IMG/VR virus record: IMGVR_UViG_3300036770_004732
Location: 1-64,000 of that record
DNA: 64,000 nucleotides
Source: a virus
Reading direction: 5' to 3' (one strand)
Position 1 is the first letter of the stretch, and the number at the start of each line of letters is the position of its first letter. Positions 38,050-46,937 of the stretch are shown here, piece after piece. A model generated the notes under the pieces. The model was not told the origin of the DNA and made no database searches. It worked only from the letters and a program-made list of their open reading frames with translations. A program made the translations under genes and the position numbers.

Positions 38050-38769
38050 CTAGGCGAAAAAACTTGTCAGGCCCTCTAATACAATTTTATTTTCAACTTC
38101 AGTATTTGGATTTATAACATTAATTGTATGACTTAGTTTTGGCATCGTTTCAAAGAATTTTTCAATTTTTTTAAATTGCTTCGAACTTAAAGATTCTAAG
38201 AAATCACTTAACTCTTTTTTACTACAATCAGATGCTGCCCAAGATTCTTCTTCACTGTAAATCTGTTCAATGCAAGATGTAATAACTCCAAATGTATCCT
38301 CTACACTAATTTGATCATTGCGAATAAAGTTATTTTTGATAAATTCTGTAATTGATGGATATTTCATCCGCACACTCAGATTATCATCCAATTGAATATC
38401 ACGACTATGATCTTTACTTACTTCAACCTTAATATCATCCAAACTAATAGTTACTGGTACTTGTGTCTCCCCATCATCTGGGCAAGTAATTAATACCTCT
38501 GCAGTTTCACCTACAGATTTTCCCCTGATATTTAAAAACAAATATTCTATATCGAAAGTTGCAAGATCATCAACTTTAATTCCTCTGGTAATAATGCAAT
38601 TTTTAATTACATCCTTTACTGCTTCAGTAATTTGCTTTGGTTCTTCACTCTCCATCGCAATGATTAAAATTTTCTCTTCTTTAACTAAAAAAGGTCTATA
38701 TTTAATTGTTTTCTTTAATGAAGGAATTTCCAACTCATATGTTGGTGTAGAAACTTTTGGTAATGGCAT
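38050..38769 (-). CDS. gp26: Baseplate hub subunit gp26
   Basis: MPLPK...YRPFLVKEEKILI...DIEYLFLNIRGKSVGE...FFETMPKL. Confidence 0.92.
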   Translation of the reverse strand: MPLPKVSTPTYELEIPSLKKTIKYRPFLVKEEKILIIAMESEEPKQITEAVKDVIKNCIITRGIKVDDLATFDIEYLFLNIRGKSVGETAEVLITCPDDGETQVPVTISLDDIKVEVSKDHSRDIQLDDNLSVRMKYPSITEFIKNNFIRNDQISVEDTFGVITSCIEQIYSEEESWAASDCSKKELSDFLESLSSKQFKKIEKFFETMPKLSHTINVINPNTEVENKIVLEGLTSFFA

Positions 38770-38794
38770 AATAATCAATGACTAGTGAAAATAT

Positions 38795-39571
38795 TTAGAC
38801 TGCTTTTTGATTCCCAGTCAGACTTGTATATAGTTCTCCTCTTACAATTGCTTCGGTTGGTGTTAAATTAGATGGTCTGAAAACAACTCCAGAAGTTCCT
38901 GCCTGACCAGGAGACATTGGAACTCTGGACACTCTTCTAATTGGATCATTATTTATTGATGTATGAGTATAAACTGAAAGACTTGTTGTTCTTCCAGAAA
39001 TATAACGATCATATTCGAATGTAGCAGCAACTTTTAGCACATCAGATGTCCCATATGAGATAGGTACACTTGAAATTGAAACAGGAAATAATCCTCTAAA
39101 AGTATATTCTATTTCTCTTCTGTAATCTCTATCAAACTTTATAATTCTAGTTTGATCTGATTTATATGTAGATGGATATTGCATCCTAATAAAATAATCA
39201 TTTGAAATTGGATTGGCAGAAGATCCGCTAGCAATATAGTCCATCCAATGTTCCAGTAATTTTAAAGTATTATAATTACTATCTACATAAAATTCTAATG
39301 TTATATTAGTATATAATCTTGTATGTGCTATCTTTTCTCTAATCCCAATATATGGTGATACTTCTGCTGTAGCAAATGACGATGTTGGTAATGATGCAGA
39401 AAAACATAATAATCCAAAATCTCCACCAGTAAAAAATGGAGTAATACCTTTAGTCAATAAAAAAGTTGATAACTCATTTGGAAGTCCACCAAATTGAACT
39501 TCATAATGAGATGTTTGTGCTAGATTTCCAAATAAAGATTTTACGCTAGATATACTTCTGGGAAAAGGCAC
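38795..39571 (-). CDS. Tail tube-family protein (gp19/gp54-like)
   Basis: LLCFSASLP, ITLEFYVD, EHWMDYI, FPVSISSVPISY, ATFEY. Confidence 0.75.
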   Translation of the reverse strand: MPFPRSISSVKSLFGNLAQTSHYEVQFGGLPNELSTFLLTKGITPFFTGGDFGLLCFSASLPTSSFATAEVSPYIGIREKIAHTRLYTNITLEFYVDSNYNTLKLLEHWMDYIASGSSANPISNDYFIRMQYPSTYKSDQTRIIKFDRDYRREIEYTFRGLFPVSISSVPISYGTSDVLKVAATFEYDRYISGRTTSLSVYTHTSINNDPIRRVSRVPMSPGQAGTSGVVFRPSNLTPTEAIVRGELYTSLTGNQKAV

Positions 39572-39573
39572 TC

Positions 39574-39610
39574 TAAATACCTATAAGTGATCTTTTATTA
39601 TAAGTATTTA
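39574..39610. promoter_or_regulatory. Face-to-face T4-type late promoters (TAAATA on + at 39574-39579; on - at 39605-39610)
   Basis: CTAAATA on both strands between divergent late genes. Confidence 0.7.
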
Positions 39611-39611
39611 G

Positions 39612-40049
39612 ATGTCGTATAAGGGAAAATATCAACCATCATACCCCAAAAAATATAAAGGTGATCCCACAAATATTATTTACCGTTCATTGTGGGAAAG
39701 GCGTTTTATGTCTTATTGCGATTTAAATGAAAATATTTTGGAATGGGGAAGTGAAGAACTTGCTCTTCCTTATCGTTCCCCAATAGATGGAAAAATTCAC
39801 AGATACGTTCCAGACTTTTATATCAAGGTAAAAGAAAATAATGGTTCAATTCAAAAGTATATTATAGAAATCAAACCAAAAAAACAAACAATAGAACCAA
39901 AAGTTCAAAAAAGAAAAACGAAAGGATATATTTTTGAAGTCACAGAATGGGCAAGAAACCAAGCAAAATGGAAAGTCGCTGAAGAATTTTGTGAAGATCG
40001 ACGATGGAAGTTTAAAATTCTCACCGAAGAAGATTTAGGTATTAAGTAA
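39612..40049 (+). CDS. gp4: Head completion nuclease gp4
   Basis: YKGDPTNIIYRSLWE...WGSEE...YVPDF...IEIKP...NQAKW. Confidence 0.93.
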   Translation: MSYKGKYQPSYPKKYKGDPTNIIYRSLWERRFMSYCDLNENILEWGSEELALPYRSPIDGKIHRYVPDFYIKVKENNGSIQKYIIEIKPKKQTIEPKVQKRKTKGYIFEVTEWARNQAKWKVAEEFCEDRRWKFKILTEEDLGIK

Positions 40050-40630
40050 TGGCACTCACAGGATATGAAAAACCAGAACTTGAAGATTATTCATTAAGTG
40101 AACTAAAAGAAATTGCAACCAATTATTATATACCTCATCAATATACTAAAACTGGTGCGACTAGTACAAACTATAGTCGTCTAAACAAAACTCAACTCAT
40201 TTATATTATTAAATATGATGCAGACTACCAGAGAGCAAATCCAAAATTAAGATCTGGTGGAAAAAAGGGACAAAGAAAATCAGAAAATAGAATTGCATCA
40301 ATTAAAAGAGATTTAATTGGTATTGAAAGTCCTTCTGAATTGATGAATATGATCATAGAAAGATTGCAAGATACTGAAAGTCAATATCCTTCTGGCGGCA
40401 AGTATTATACCTACATATATTATGCTAAGACACCAAATATTATTTACGATCGTTATCCATTGATTATGGCATCAGAACCAATGGATTATGGTTTCTTTGG
40501 ATTTAATTATCATTGGGGTAAAATGAGACAATATACTTTCAAGGAAGTTGCAAGTCCATTTTATGAAGTAACAGTTAATGAATTCAATACTCTTCGTTCT
40601 ATTCCTTATGCCGATTTTCGACAAACTTAA
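40049..40630 (+). CDS. DNA end protector gp2-like protein with Rho-N-like N-terminal extension
   Basis: GKYYTYIYYAKTP...YDRYPLI...GFNYHW motif; position after gp4. Confidence 0.7.
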   Translation: MALTGYEKPELEDYSLSELKEIATNYYIPHQYTKTGATSTNYSRLNKTQLIYIIKYDADYQRANPKLRSGGKKGQRKSENRIASIKRDLIGIESPSELMNMIIERLQDTESQYPSGGKYYTYIYYAKTPNIIYDRYPLIMASEPMDYGFFGFNYHWGKMRQYTFKEVASPFYEVTVNEFNTLRSIPYADFRQT

Positions 40631-40652
40631 AAATAAATAGTTAAAAAAATAA

Positions 40653-41540
40653 ATGGCACAAATACTACGATATCCTAAAGCTAGTATTGGAAAAAATGAC
40701 GATTTTTTCCAAATTGATGTTGTAGAATATAAACAACCTGGATTGACTGCTGGTACTGTAGGATTAAATGCATTAAGAACAACTGATCAAGCATTACAAG
40801 GAAGTGTTCCCATAAGTACAATACTACTTCCTATGCCCCAGTCAGTGTCAGATTCTAATTCAGCAAATTGGGGAGAAAATACTTTAAATGCTGCTCTTGC
40901 AGCAGGTTTAATTGCGGGACAAGGAGTTATTGAAGGAGCAGATCCTTTTTCGGCAGCAGTAAAATCTGGTGCAGAAATATTTAAAAAATTTGAAAGTGCA
41001 TTTACACAAGGAACAGGACAAAAAGTAACTTCAACAATATTTTCAAAGTTGGCAATTCAAGCACTCACTGGTCAAGATGCAAATATAAATGGATTAATTT
41101 CAAGAACAACTGGATCAGTAGTTAATCAAAATGTTGAAATGTTATTTCAAGGTGTAAATATTCGCACTGCGTTTCAATTTACTTTTGATTTAATTCCAAG
41201 ATCTCAACCAGAAGCAGATGAAATAAAAAGAATTATAAAAACTTTTAAAAGAGAAATGACTCCCAGAAGAACAGGATCTGGATCTGGTGGCGGATTCTTT
41301 GTAAAATCACCAAATGTATTTAAAATTCAATATAGAACAGGGTCAAGACCACATCCATTTTTAAATAAGTTTAAACCTTGTGCCTTAACAAACATGAGTG
41401 TTAATTATACAGGATCTGGTCAATATGCATCTTTTACTGATGCTACACCAGTTCATATGATCCTAACTCTACAATTTCAAGAACTTTCTCCAATTTACGC
41501 AGAAGATTATCAAAGTATTACAGAAGGAGTTGGTTACTAA
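40653..41540 (+). CDS. gp48: Baseplate tail tube cap gp48
   Basis: LRYP, ILLPMP, NVEMLFQG, FTFDLIPRS, CALTNMSVNY, LQFQEL; TAAATA at 40634. Confidence 0.88.
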   Translation: MAQILRYPKASIGKNDDFFQIDVVEYKQPGLTAGTVGLNALRTTDQALQGSVPISTILLPMPQSVSDSNSANWGENTLNAALAAGLIAGQGVIEGADPFSAAVKSGAEIFKKFESAFTQGTGQKVTSTIFSKLAIQALTGQDANINGLISRTTGSVVNQNVEMLFQGVNIRTAFQFTFDLIPRSQPEADEIKRIIKTFKREMTPRRTGSGSGGGFFVKSPNVFKIQYRTGSRPHPFLNKFKPCALTNMSVNYTGSGQYASFTDATPVHMILTLQFQELSPIYAEDYQSITEGVGY

Positions 41541-42187
41541 TGACATATTTTAGAGAACTTCCAAACGTACAATATCAATCTTTTCTTTCAGATAAACAAT
41601 CATCTCAAGATTATTTTCTTGTAAAAAATATTTTTAGAAGAGTGAAAATAAGAGATGATTTACAAAATATCTTTACTTTGTTCAATAAGTATCAAATCGT
41701 TGATGGTACAAGACCAGAATTAGTTGCAGAAGAAATTTATGGCAGTGTTGAATATGATTGGGTAGTTATTATTAGTGCAGGAATTACAGACATTAGAAAT
41801 GAATGGCCTTTATCAAATAAAGACTTATACCATTATTGTGAGAGAATCTATGGTAATGATTTAAATTCAATTCATCACTATGAAACAACTGAAGTAAAAG
41901 ATGACAAAGGCAGATTGATATTACCTTCGGGTCAAATTGTAAATTCTAACTTTACAATACCAAATCCAATCTCACCACTACAAACTTTAAATCCTGTAGT
42001 TGGTATTAGTAATTATGAGTATGAAACAATCAAAAATAATGAAAAAGGTTTGATTTATCTTTTAAAACCAGAGTATCTTCAAACTGCTCTGAAAGACATG
42101 AGAAGAGAATTATTTTACGATGAATCTTCTCAATACATTGATCAACAAACAATTAAAACCGAAAATACTTATATTACTTTACCATAA
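41540..42187 (+). CDS. gp53: Baseplate wedge subunit gp53
   Basis: YFRELP, KNIFRR, RPELVAEEIYG, WVVI, EWPLS, IHHYET. Confidence 0.92.
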   Translation: MTYFRELPNVQYQSFLSDKQSSQDYFLVKNIFRRVKIRDDLQNIFTLFNKYQIVDGTRPELVAEEIYGSVEYDWVVIISAGITDIRNEWPLSNKDLYHYCERIYGNDLNSIHHYETTEVKDDKGRLILPSGQIVNSNFTIPNPISPLQTLNPVVGISNYEYETIKNNEKGLIYLLKPEYLQTALKDMRRELFYDESSQYIDQQTIKTENTYITLP

Positions 42188-42766
42188 TAGTTTTAAACTC
42201 TTATCAAACATCATCACATATCGGTGCTTTCGGGAGCGTTCTTTCCATTCTCCTTCAGCATCTTTTACTTTGCCACGAGAGTGCTTAGTTCCGTCTGCAT
42301 AGTAGAAATCTTTCTTTGGATCTGTGAGACCTGCGTATACAAAATTACAAGCGCGATAGATTGTGCCAGAATGAAAATCACTATCAGCGTAAGAGATGAT
42401 TGCTTTAACCTCAGTATCCTTCCGTAACTGTCTAATCGATCTTGAAACAAACCAAGAAGTGATATTATGCTCTGCAGATTGCGTGTCTGGGTGTATGCAG
42501 AGTCTTGATAATTCAAATAGTCCTTGTTGCTCATTTCGTTCTAATCCAAAAGCACCTTTAGCGATTTCAGGAACAGGAAGTCCAGTGAAAATTACTGTCC
42601 CAAATAATTGTCCGATATTTAAAGGGCAAAAGTCATTTTTCTTGAAGAGACCATAATTATATCCAGAACGATACCCCTTTGAAAAATCTTTGAGATAATG
42701 ATAAGTCAGTAGAAGTTCTTCTGCTTGCTTCTTTGTGATGCGATCCAAGTAGTAATCAGATTTCAT
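42179..42766 (-). CDS. Mom-family (GNAT-fold) DNA adenine-modification protein
   Basis: HYL, ELSRL, SWFVSRSI, ISYAD, GTIYRACNF motifs as in Mu Mom-like proteins. Confidence 0.8.
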   Translation of the reverse strand: MKSDYYLDRITKKQAEELLLTYHYLKDFSKGYRSGYNYGLFKKNDFCPLNIGQLFGTVIFTGLPVPEIAKGAFGLERNEQQGLFELSRLCIHPDTQSAEHNITSWFVSRSIRQLRKDTEVKAIISYADSDFHSGTIYRACNFVYAGLTDPKKDFYYADGTKHSRGKVKDAEGEWKERSRKHRYVMMFDKSLKLLW

Positions 42767-42796
42767 AAAAAAGAGGGAGGATCTCTAACCTCCCTC
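42767..42796 (-). terminator. Terminator after gp32, abutting the mom-like start codon
   Basis: GAGGGAGG-8nt-CCTCCCTC then TTTTTT then ATG. Confidence 0.8.
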
Positions 42797-42813
42797 ATAT
42801 TATAGCACAGAAT

Positions 42814-43734
42814 TTATTCCGCCAATTTTGCGAAATACGACAAGGTGTCTTCCTCATCTTCATCATCCTCAACCGCAGCGGTGCGGCGAGTGGGTTGAAG
42901 ATTGTTAAGTTCACTACGAAGATCATCATCAAGTTCCTTCACAAGACCACGAGAATACTCTTCCTCATCCTCAACTTCTTCATCCATACGCTTAGATGCT
43001 TTTCCAAGAACAGAATCAAGACGCTTTTTCAGTTCTTCATAAGTCTTGAACTCACTAGGAGACATGAATTCTGCAAGAGAATACTGTTTCTTCCAGATTG
43101 CTTCCAGGGCATCATCATCATTGAGAAGAGCACCAGCAGAAGCAAATTCGCTAGAATCATAGTTACGATAACCAGCAACGTTCTTTGCTTTCAGTTTAAA
43201 GTTGGCACCAGTCCAAAAATCAAAAGGATCAATTGCTTGCTCATCTTCAAACTCAGGTTGCATTGCTTCAGTAATCTTATCAAAGATTTTCTTACCATAT
43301 TTGAAGAGGAAGACTTTACCTTCGTTTTCGGGATTAGCAGGATCCTTCACCACATAGATGTTAGAAACATAAGTCAGTTTACGCTTCTGCTTACGGGCAA
43401 CTTCTTTACCAGCATCAGTGCCATTATTCCAGAGACTAGAGTTGTGCTCACACACAGGGCACTTTTGATTGATAGAAGTAAGACAGTTATCAATCAACCA
43501 ACCACCAGGGCCTTGGAAAGCATGAGAATATACTTTCACAAAAGGAATGTCTTCTCCATCAGGTGCGGGAAGGAATCGAATAACTGCATAACCATTACCA
43601 GATTTGTCGCAATCAAGTTTCCATACACGGTCGTCACCAGTACTACCGCTAGTATTCATTTTTTCTACTTCTTTCACCAGTTTTTCGGTGAGAGAACCAA
43701 GTTTGGATTGTTTTTTAAGATCGGCAAATGCCAT
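42814..43734 (-). CDS. gp32: Single-stranded DNA-binding protein gp32
   Basis: GNGYAVIRFLP, HAFQGPGGW, CPVCE, YGKKIFDKI, NYDSSEF, acidic tail LSYFAKLA. Confidence 0.97.
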   Translation of the reverse strand: MAFADLKKQSKLGSLTEKLVKEVEKMNTSGSTGDDRVWKLDCDKSGNGYAVIRFLPAPDGEDIPFVKVYSHAFQGPGGWLIDNCLTSINQKCPVCEHNSSLWNNGTDAGKEVARKQKRKLTYVSNIYVVKDPANPENEGKVFLFKYGKKIFDKITEAMQPEFEDEQAIDPFDFWTGANFKLKAKNVAGYRNYDSSEFASAGALLNDDDALEAIWKKQYSLAEFMSPSEFKTYEELKKRLDSVLGKASKRMDEEVEDEEEYSRGLVKELDDDLRSELNNLQPTRRTAAVEDDEDEEDTLSYFAKLAE

Positions 43735-43775
43735 TGGATACCTCGGATAAATTGGATTCGGGGGATTACTCAGAT

Positions 43776-43804
43776 AGTATAACAGGATTTGGAGGATCAG
43801 TCAA
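43776..43804 (-). promoter_or_regulatory. Sigma70-like promoter of gp32, TTGACT-17-TATACT
   Basis: Near-consensus with extended TG. Confidence 0.8.
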
Positions 43805-44126
43805 GATATTTTTTGAGAGATTCAATCGTCTTTGTCATACTAGTGAATAAAACTTGCATATCAGTCTCTGGAGAAAATCCCATAAGTGCGACTGATTTAC
43901 GAAGGTTCTCTTTCATCTCAACCGCTTGTGGGTCGTCTGAGAGAGATAACCTAGTATACATTACTCTTTGCTTTTCTAGCAAGAGTTCTAGTTTTTCAAT
44001 GTGTTCTAATTTTGTTTCGCTGTCCATCATACCGAAAGTAAGAATACTTCCGTATATTTGTTCTTGTAGTTTGTTAATTTCCCTTAATTCATCTTGAATA
44101 ATATCAGAATCGAAAAAACTACTCAT
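43797..44126 (-). CDS. Conserved cyanobacterial/cyanophage protein (DUF1825-like)
   Basis: FFDSDIIQ...LLEKQRVMYTRLSLSDDPQA motif; lies between gp59 and gp32. Confidence 0.8.
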   Translation of the reverse strand: MSSFFDSDIIQDELREINKLQEQIYGSILTFGMMDSETKLEHIEKLELLLEKQRVMYTRLSLSDDPQAVEMKENLRKSVALMGFSPETDMQVLFTSMTKTIESLKKYLD

Positions 44127-44715
44127 TTATAATTTCCCGTAAAATTTTCTTGTAAAAGAACACGTCAATATTTATGAACGGCATGTATTTTTTGATTTTT
44201 AAACTTACGGTTTCCCACACAGGATCTAGAAGTTTTTTATCAAAATCTTTTGAAAAATGAAATATTTTTTCGTATATTATTAAAGTTTCTAGCGATAGTT
44301 GCCCGCTTAGAAATTTTTTGAGGATTGGTGGATGACCTCTGGAACAATTCAAGGCATCCTCTAATTTTGTTTCCAAGAGTAATTCGTTGCTTTGCTCTTT
44401 GAATAAGTAAGTCAAACTCTGCTGTCTTCGCATCCACTCTTGGTAGGTTCTTTCTCCAGAATTTATAATTTGACCAATCCATAAGTTACTCGGGGAATCC
44501 GCTGCCACAAAGTTTGATACTAAAAAATCTACGACTTCTTTATCATTATATTTTCTCGATGTCTTTTCGAACCAATATTTATCGGCACGACGGTTAAAGG
44601 AAGTAATGGTTGCCCTAACTTTCTTGTTATATTTGAAGTAATCGTAATTTATATTACTGAAATGTGATTTTTGGGCAAGGTATTCACAATAAACTTGATA
44701 GGGAGTCACCTTCAA
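44119..44715 (-). CDS. gp59: Helicase loader gp59
   Basis: YLAQKSHF...YDYFKY...FEKTSRKY...SLETL...KIKKYMPF. Confidence 0.9.
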   Translation of the reverse strand: MKVTPYQVYCEYLAQKSHFSNINYDYFKYNKKVRATITSFNRRADKYWFEKTSRKYNDKEVVDFLVSNFVAADSPSNLWIGQIINSGERTYQEWMRRQQSLTYLFKEQSNELLLETKLEDALNCSRGHPPILKKFLSGQLSLETLIIYEKIFHFSKDFDKKLLDPVWETVSLKIKKYMPFINIDVFFYKKILREIINE

Positions 44716-44738
44716 AGTGTTAAATTATCTCACTATGT

Positions 44739-44767
44739 ATTATGACATACTTCAAGAATATTGTCAA
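44739..44767 (-). promoter_or_regulatory. Sigma70-like promoter of gp59, TTGACA-17-CATAAT
   Basis: Near-consensus hexamers. Confidence 0.75.
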
Positions 44768-44831
44768 TAGGCGACAAAGGATACATTACATTTTCTTTTT
44801 CCACTTATCTTTATTTTTCTGAATACATTTC

Positions 44832-44923
44832 TGCTTTGACTGTCGTTATAAGTATTTATACAAGAAAAGGGTCATAAAGACCCCATTCTGCTTGAATAAC
44901 GACAGACAAGCATCATTATTTAG
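44832..44923 (-). ncRNA. Putative small structured RNA / regulatory cassette (late promoter - hairpin - terminator - late promoter - complementary leader)
   Basis: CTAAATA 44917-44923, TGCTTG/CAAGCA hairpin, GGGTC/GACCC+TTTT terminator, TATAAATA 44853-44860, 10-nt perfect complement CTGTCGTTAT/ATAACGACAG. Confidence 0.5.
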
Positions 44924-44929
44924 TTATAA

Positions 44930-45190
44930 TCATAAAGGCAATTTTGCTCTAGATGTTTTTTTCATAAAATTGAGACGTGTTGCGTCCCACTTTAACCTTT
45001 CTTTCAAAGGCTTTGAAATGAGTTTCGTTACCGATTCTACCTCAAGTCCATTGATTTCACAATAGTGGCAAATTGCATCAATGTAATTAATATTTTCAGT
45101 TGCCACAATATGTTCAATTTCTAAAGCAAATTTAGAAGGTGTTAAAAATTTATTTTCTATTGCTTGTTCTAATTCTTTATTCTTTTCCAT
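44930..45190 (-). CDS. gp33: Late-promoter transcription co-activator gp33
   Basis: FALEIE...YIDAICHYCE...KLISKPLKERLK...LNFMK. Confidence 0.9.
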   Translation of the reverse strand: MEKNKELEQAIENKFLTPSKFALEIEHIVATENINYIDAICHYCEINGLEVESVTKLISKPLKERLKWDATRLNFMKKTSRAKLPL

Positions 45191-45857
45191 ATTGTTCCAG
45201 TTTATCTCTAACAAACTTTCTAATGTATTCGGTGAGTAGTTTGATGTACTTTGATTTGTCTCTTTCTTCATAGATAACGCATTCTCCATTCTCGCAAGCC
45301 ATAATAATTACAAGTTTTTTAACGGGTATGTCAGTTAGTTCATAGAACATACATGCATAAGCAGCACACTGAACAAAATAATGTTCAATCCACTCCCGTG
45401 GTTTTGGTTTTTTAGACGTTTTAAAGTCAATTATTGCTAATTCACCATCAAACTCTGCGATACAATCAACGGTTCCTGCTACTCCAAGAACTTTGCTGTA
45501 TAAGGAACTTTCAAGAGCATAAACATTATTTATACGATTTAAATCTGGTTTGGCAATTTTAAATAAAAATTGTGACAAAGGTTGAACCTCTGGAAGATCT
45601 TCATTTTTTAAAAGATGTTCAACCAAAGTGTGCATATCAGTTCCTCGACTAGTTGCCTGTCGAGTAATCTTATCTGCTTTTTCTTCACCAACCTTTTTAC
45701 GCCAGTTTGCAAAAAACTGACGATTTTTATGACTTGTAACAGAAGTAATAGAAACTAAACGGAGAAGTTCTTCTTCATCTGGAACTTTATAATATCGAAC
45801 ACCATCTATAGTCTCCCTTTCAAGTTTAGGGAGATTCACTTCAATATGATTGAACAT
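45177..45857 (-). CDS. PD-(D/E)XK exonuclease
   Basis: SITSV, RGTDMH, AGTVDC, IIDFKTS, QCAAY. Confidence 0.88.
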   Translation of the reverse strand: MFNHIEVNLPKLERETIDGVRYYKVPDEEELLRLVSITSVTSHKNRQFFANWRKKVGEEKADKITRQATSRGTDMHTLVEHLLKNEDLPEVQPLSQFLFKIAKPDLNRINNVYALESSLYSKVLGVAGTVDCIAEFDGELAIIDFKTSKKPKPREWIEHYFVQCAAYACMFYELTDIPVKKLVIIMACENGECVIYEERDKSKYIKLLTEYIRKFVRDKLEQYGKE

Positions 45858-45883
45858 TAAGACCTCATTTTGTACATATTATA

Positions 45884-46648
45884 TCATATTTCAACGCCAG
45901 ATTGAATTTTAGCAATAATATACTCTTTAACTAACCCAGACCTGCATATATCATCAATACCAAATTCAATAATATCAAAAGAAGGCATTGAACGAAGAAT
46001 TTTCATAAAATCGATAATACCATTTCTTTCGTTAGTTTTTTGCAAATCAGATTGAGTTGCATCACCACAAAACATAATTTTAGAATTTTCTCCTACTCTA
46101 GTAATAATAGAATCAAGTTCGTGCCCTGACATGTTCTGGAACTCATCTACAATAATAATAGCATTATCAAGTGTAGTACCACGAAGAAATGAAGTACTCC
46201 AAAACTTAATTGTTTCTTGACCCTTGAGATTGCCATAAAGCATCTCAAATTCAGCATCAGAAGGCATCTGAAACATATATTTCACCATATTCTTATAAGG
46301 AATCTGATAAATGTCAGATTTATCCTCATATGTTCCAGGAAGAAATCCAATCTCTCTGGTGGCTACAAGAGAACGAACAATGTAAACCTTCTCATAAGGA
46401 GTTCTTTCATTTAAAACTTCTTTAAGTGCATTGTAAAGTGTAATAAAAGTTTTACCAGTTCCAGCACACCCATATGCAACCAAGTGTTTTTGATTTGCAT
46501 AAGAATCAAAAAGTTTTTTTTGATTCTCTGTAAGGGGTTCAATATCAATTAAATAATCTGAACTTAATGGTTTCCTACGCTTCATTTGACGGGTTGTTAA
46601 ACCAACGCCGATTGGTTGGTCAGTGTTGCTCCCTTTTCTTCTTGCCAT
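45884..46648 (-). CDS. phoH: PhoH-family ATPase
   Basis: GCAGTGKT, IGFLPG, FLRGTT, DEFQN, GDATQSD, RSGLV. Confidence 0.95.
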   Translation of the reverse strand: MARRKGSNTDQPIGVGLTTRQMKRRKPLSSDYLIDIEPLTENQKKLFDSYANQKHLVAYGCAGTGKTFITLYNALKEVLNERTPYEKVYIVRSLVATREIGFLPGTYEDKSDIYQIPYKNMVKYMFQMPSDAEFEMLYGNLKGQETIKFWSTSFLRGTTLDNAIIIVDEFQNMSGHELDSIITRVGENSKIMFCGDATQSDLQKTNERNGIIDFMKILRSMPSFDIIEFGIDDICRSGLVKEYIIAKIQSGVEI

Positions 46649-46654
46649 ATTTGA

Positions 46655-46903
46655 TTAGATTTTTTTTACTTTTGATCCCGGTGCTTTTGATGCTTTATGA
46701 AGAATATCATTCCATCCAGGATTTCTTGAGACAAGTTTATCCTTCCATTCACCAACCTCACCAGAAGATGGGCATGTGGATGGATCAGACCAATCACGTG
46801 TCCAGTCTGGATTATCATTTTTCCACTGATCCCAATCGTGGATGCTCATTTCCACTTCTTTCTGTTCACCAGTTTTTGTATTCACTATTGGATACGTTGG
46901 CAT
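46655..46903 (-). CDS. Conserved T4-like hypothetical protein (MPTY..., FmdB-like)
   Basis: Typical position upstream of phoH; TAAATA at 46926-46931. Confidence 0.8.
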   Translation of the reverse strand: MPTYPIVNTKTGEQKEVEMSIHDWDQWKNDNPDWTRDWSDPSTCPSSGEVGEWKDKLVSRNPGWNDILHKASKAPGSKVKKI

Positions 46904-46937
46904 TGTTATAAATTCAAGATATTGTTATTTAGATTCG

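Noticed and set aside
45177-45857. Cas4/CRISPR association of the PD-(D/E)XK nuclease
   Set aside because: Lacks the four-Cys Fe-S pattern and sits in the standard phoH-exonuclease-gp33 core context.
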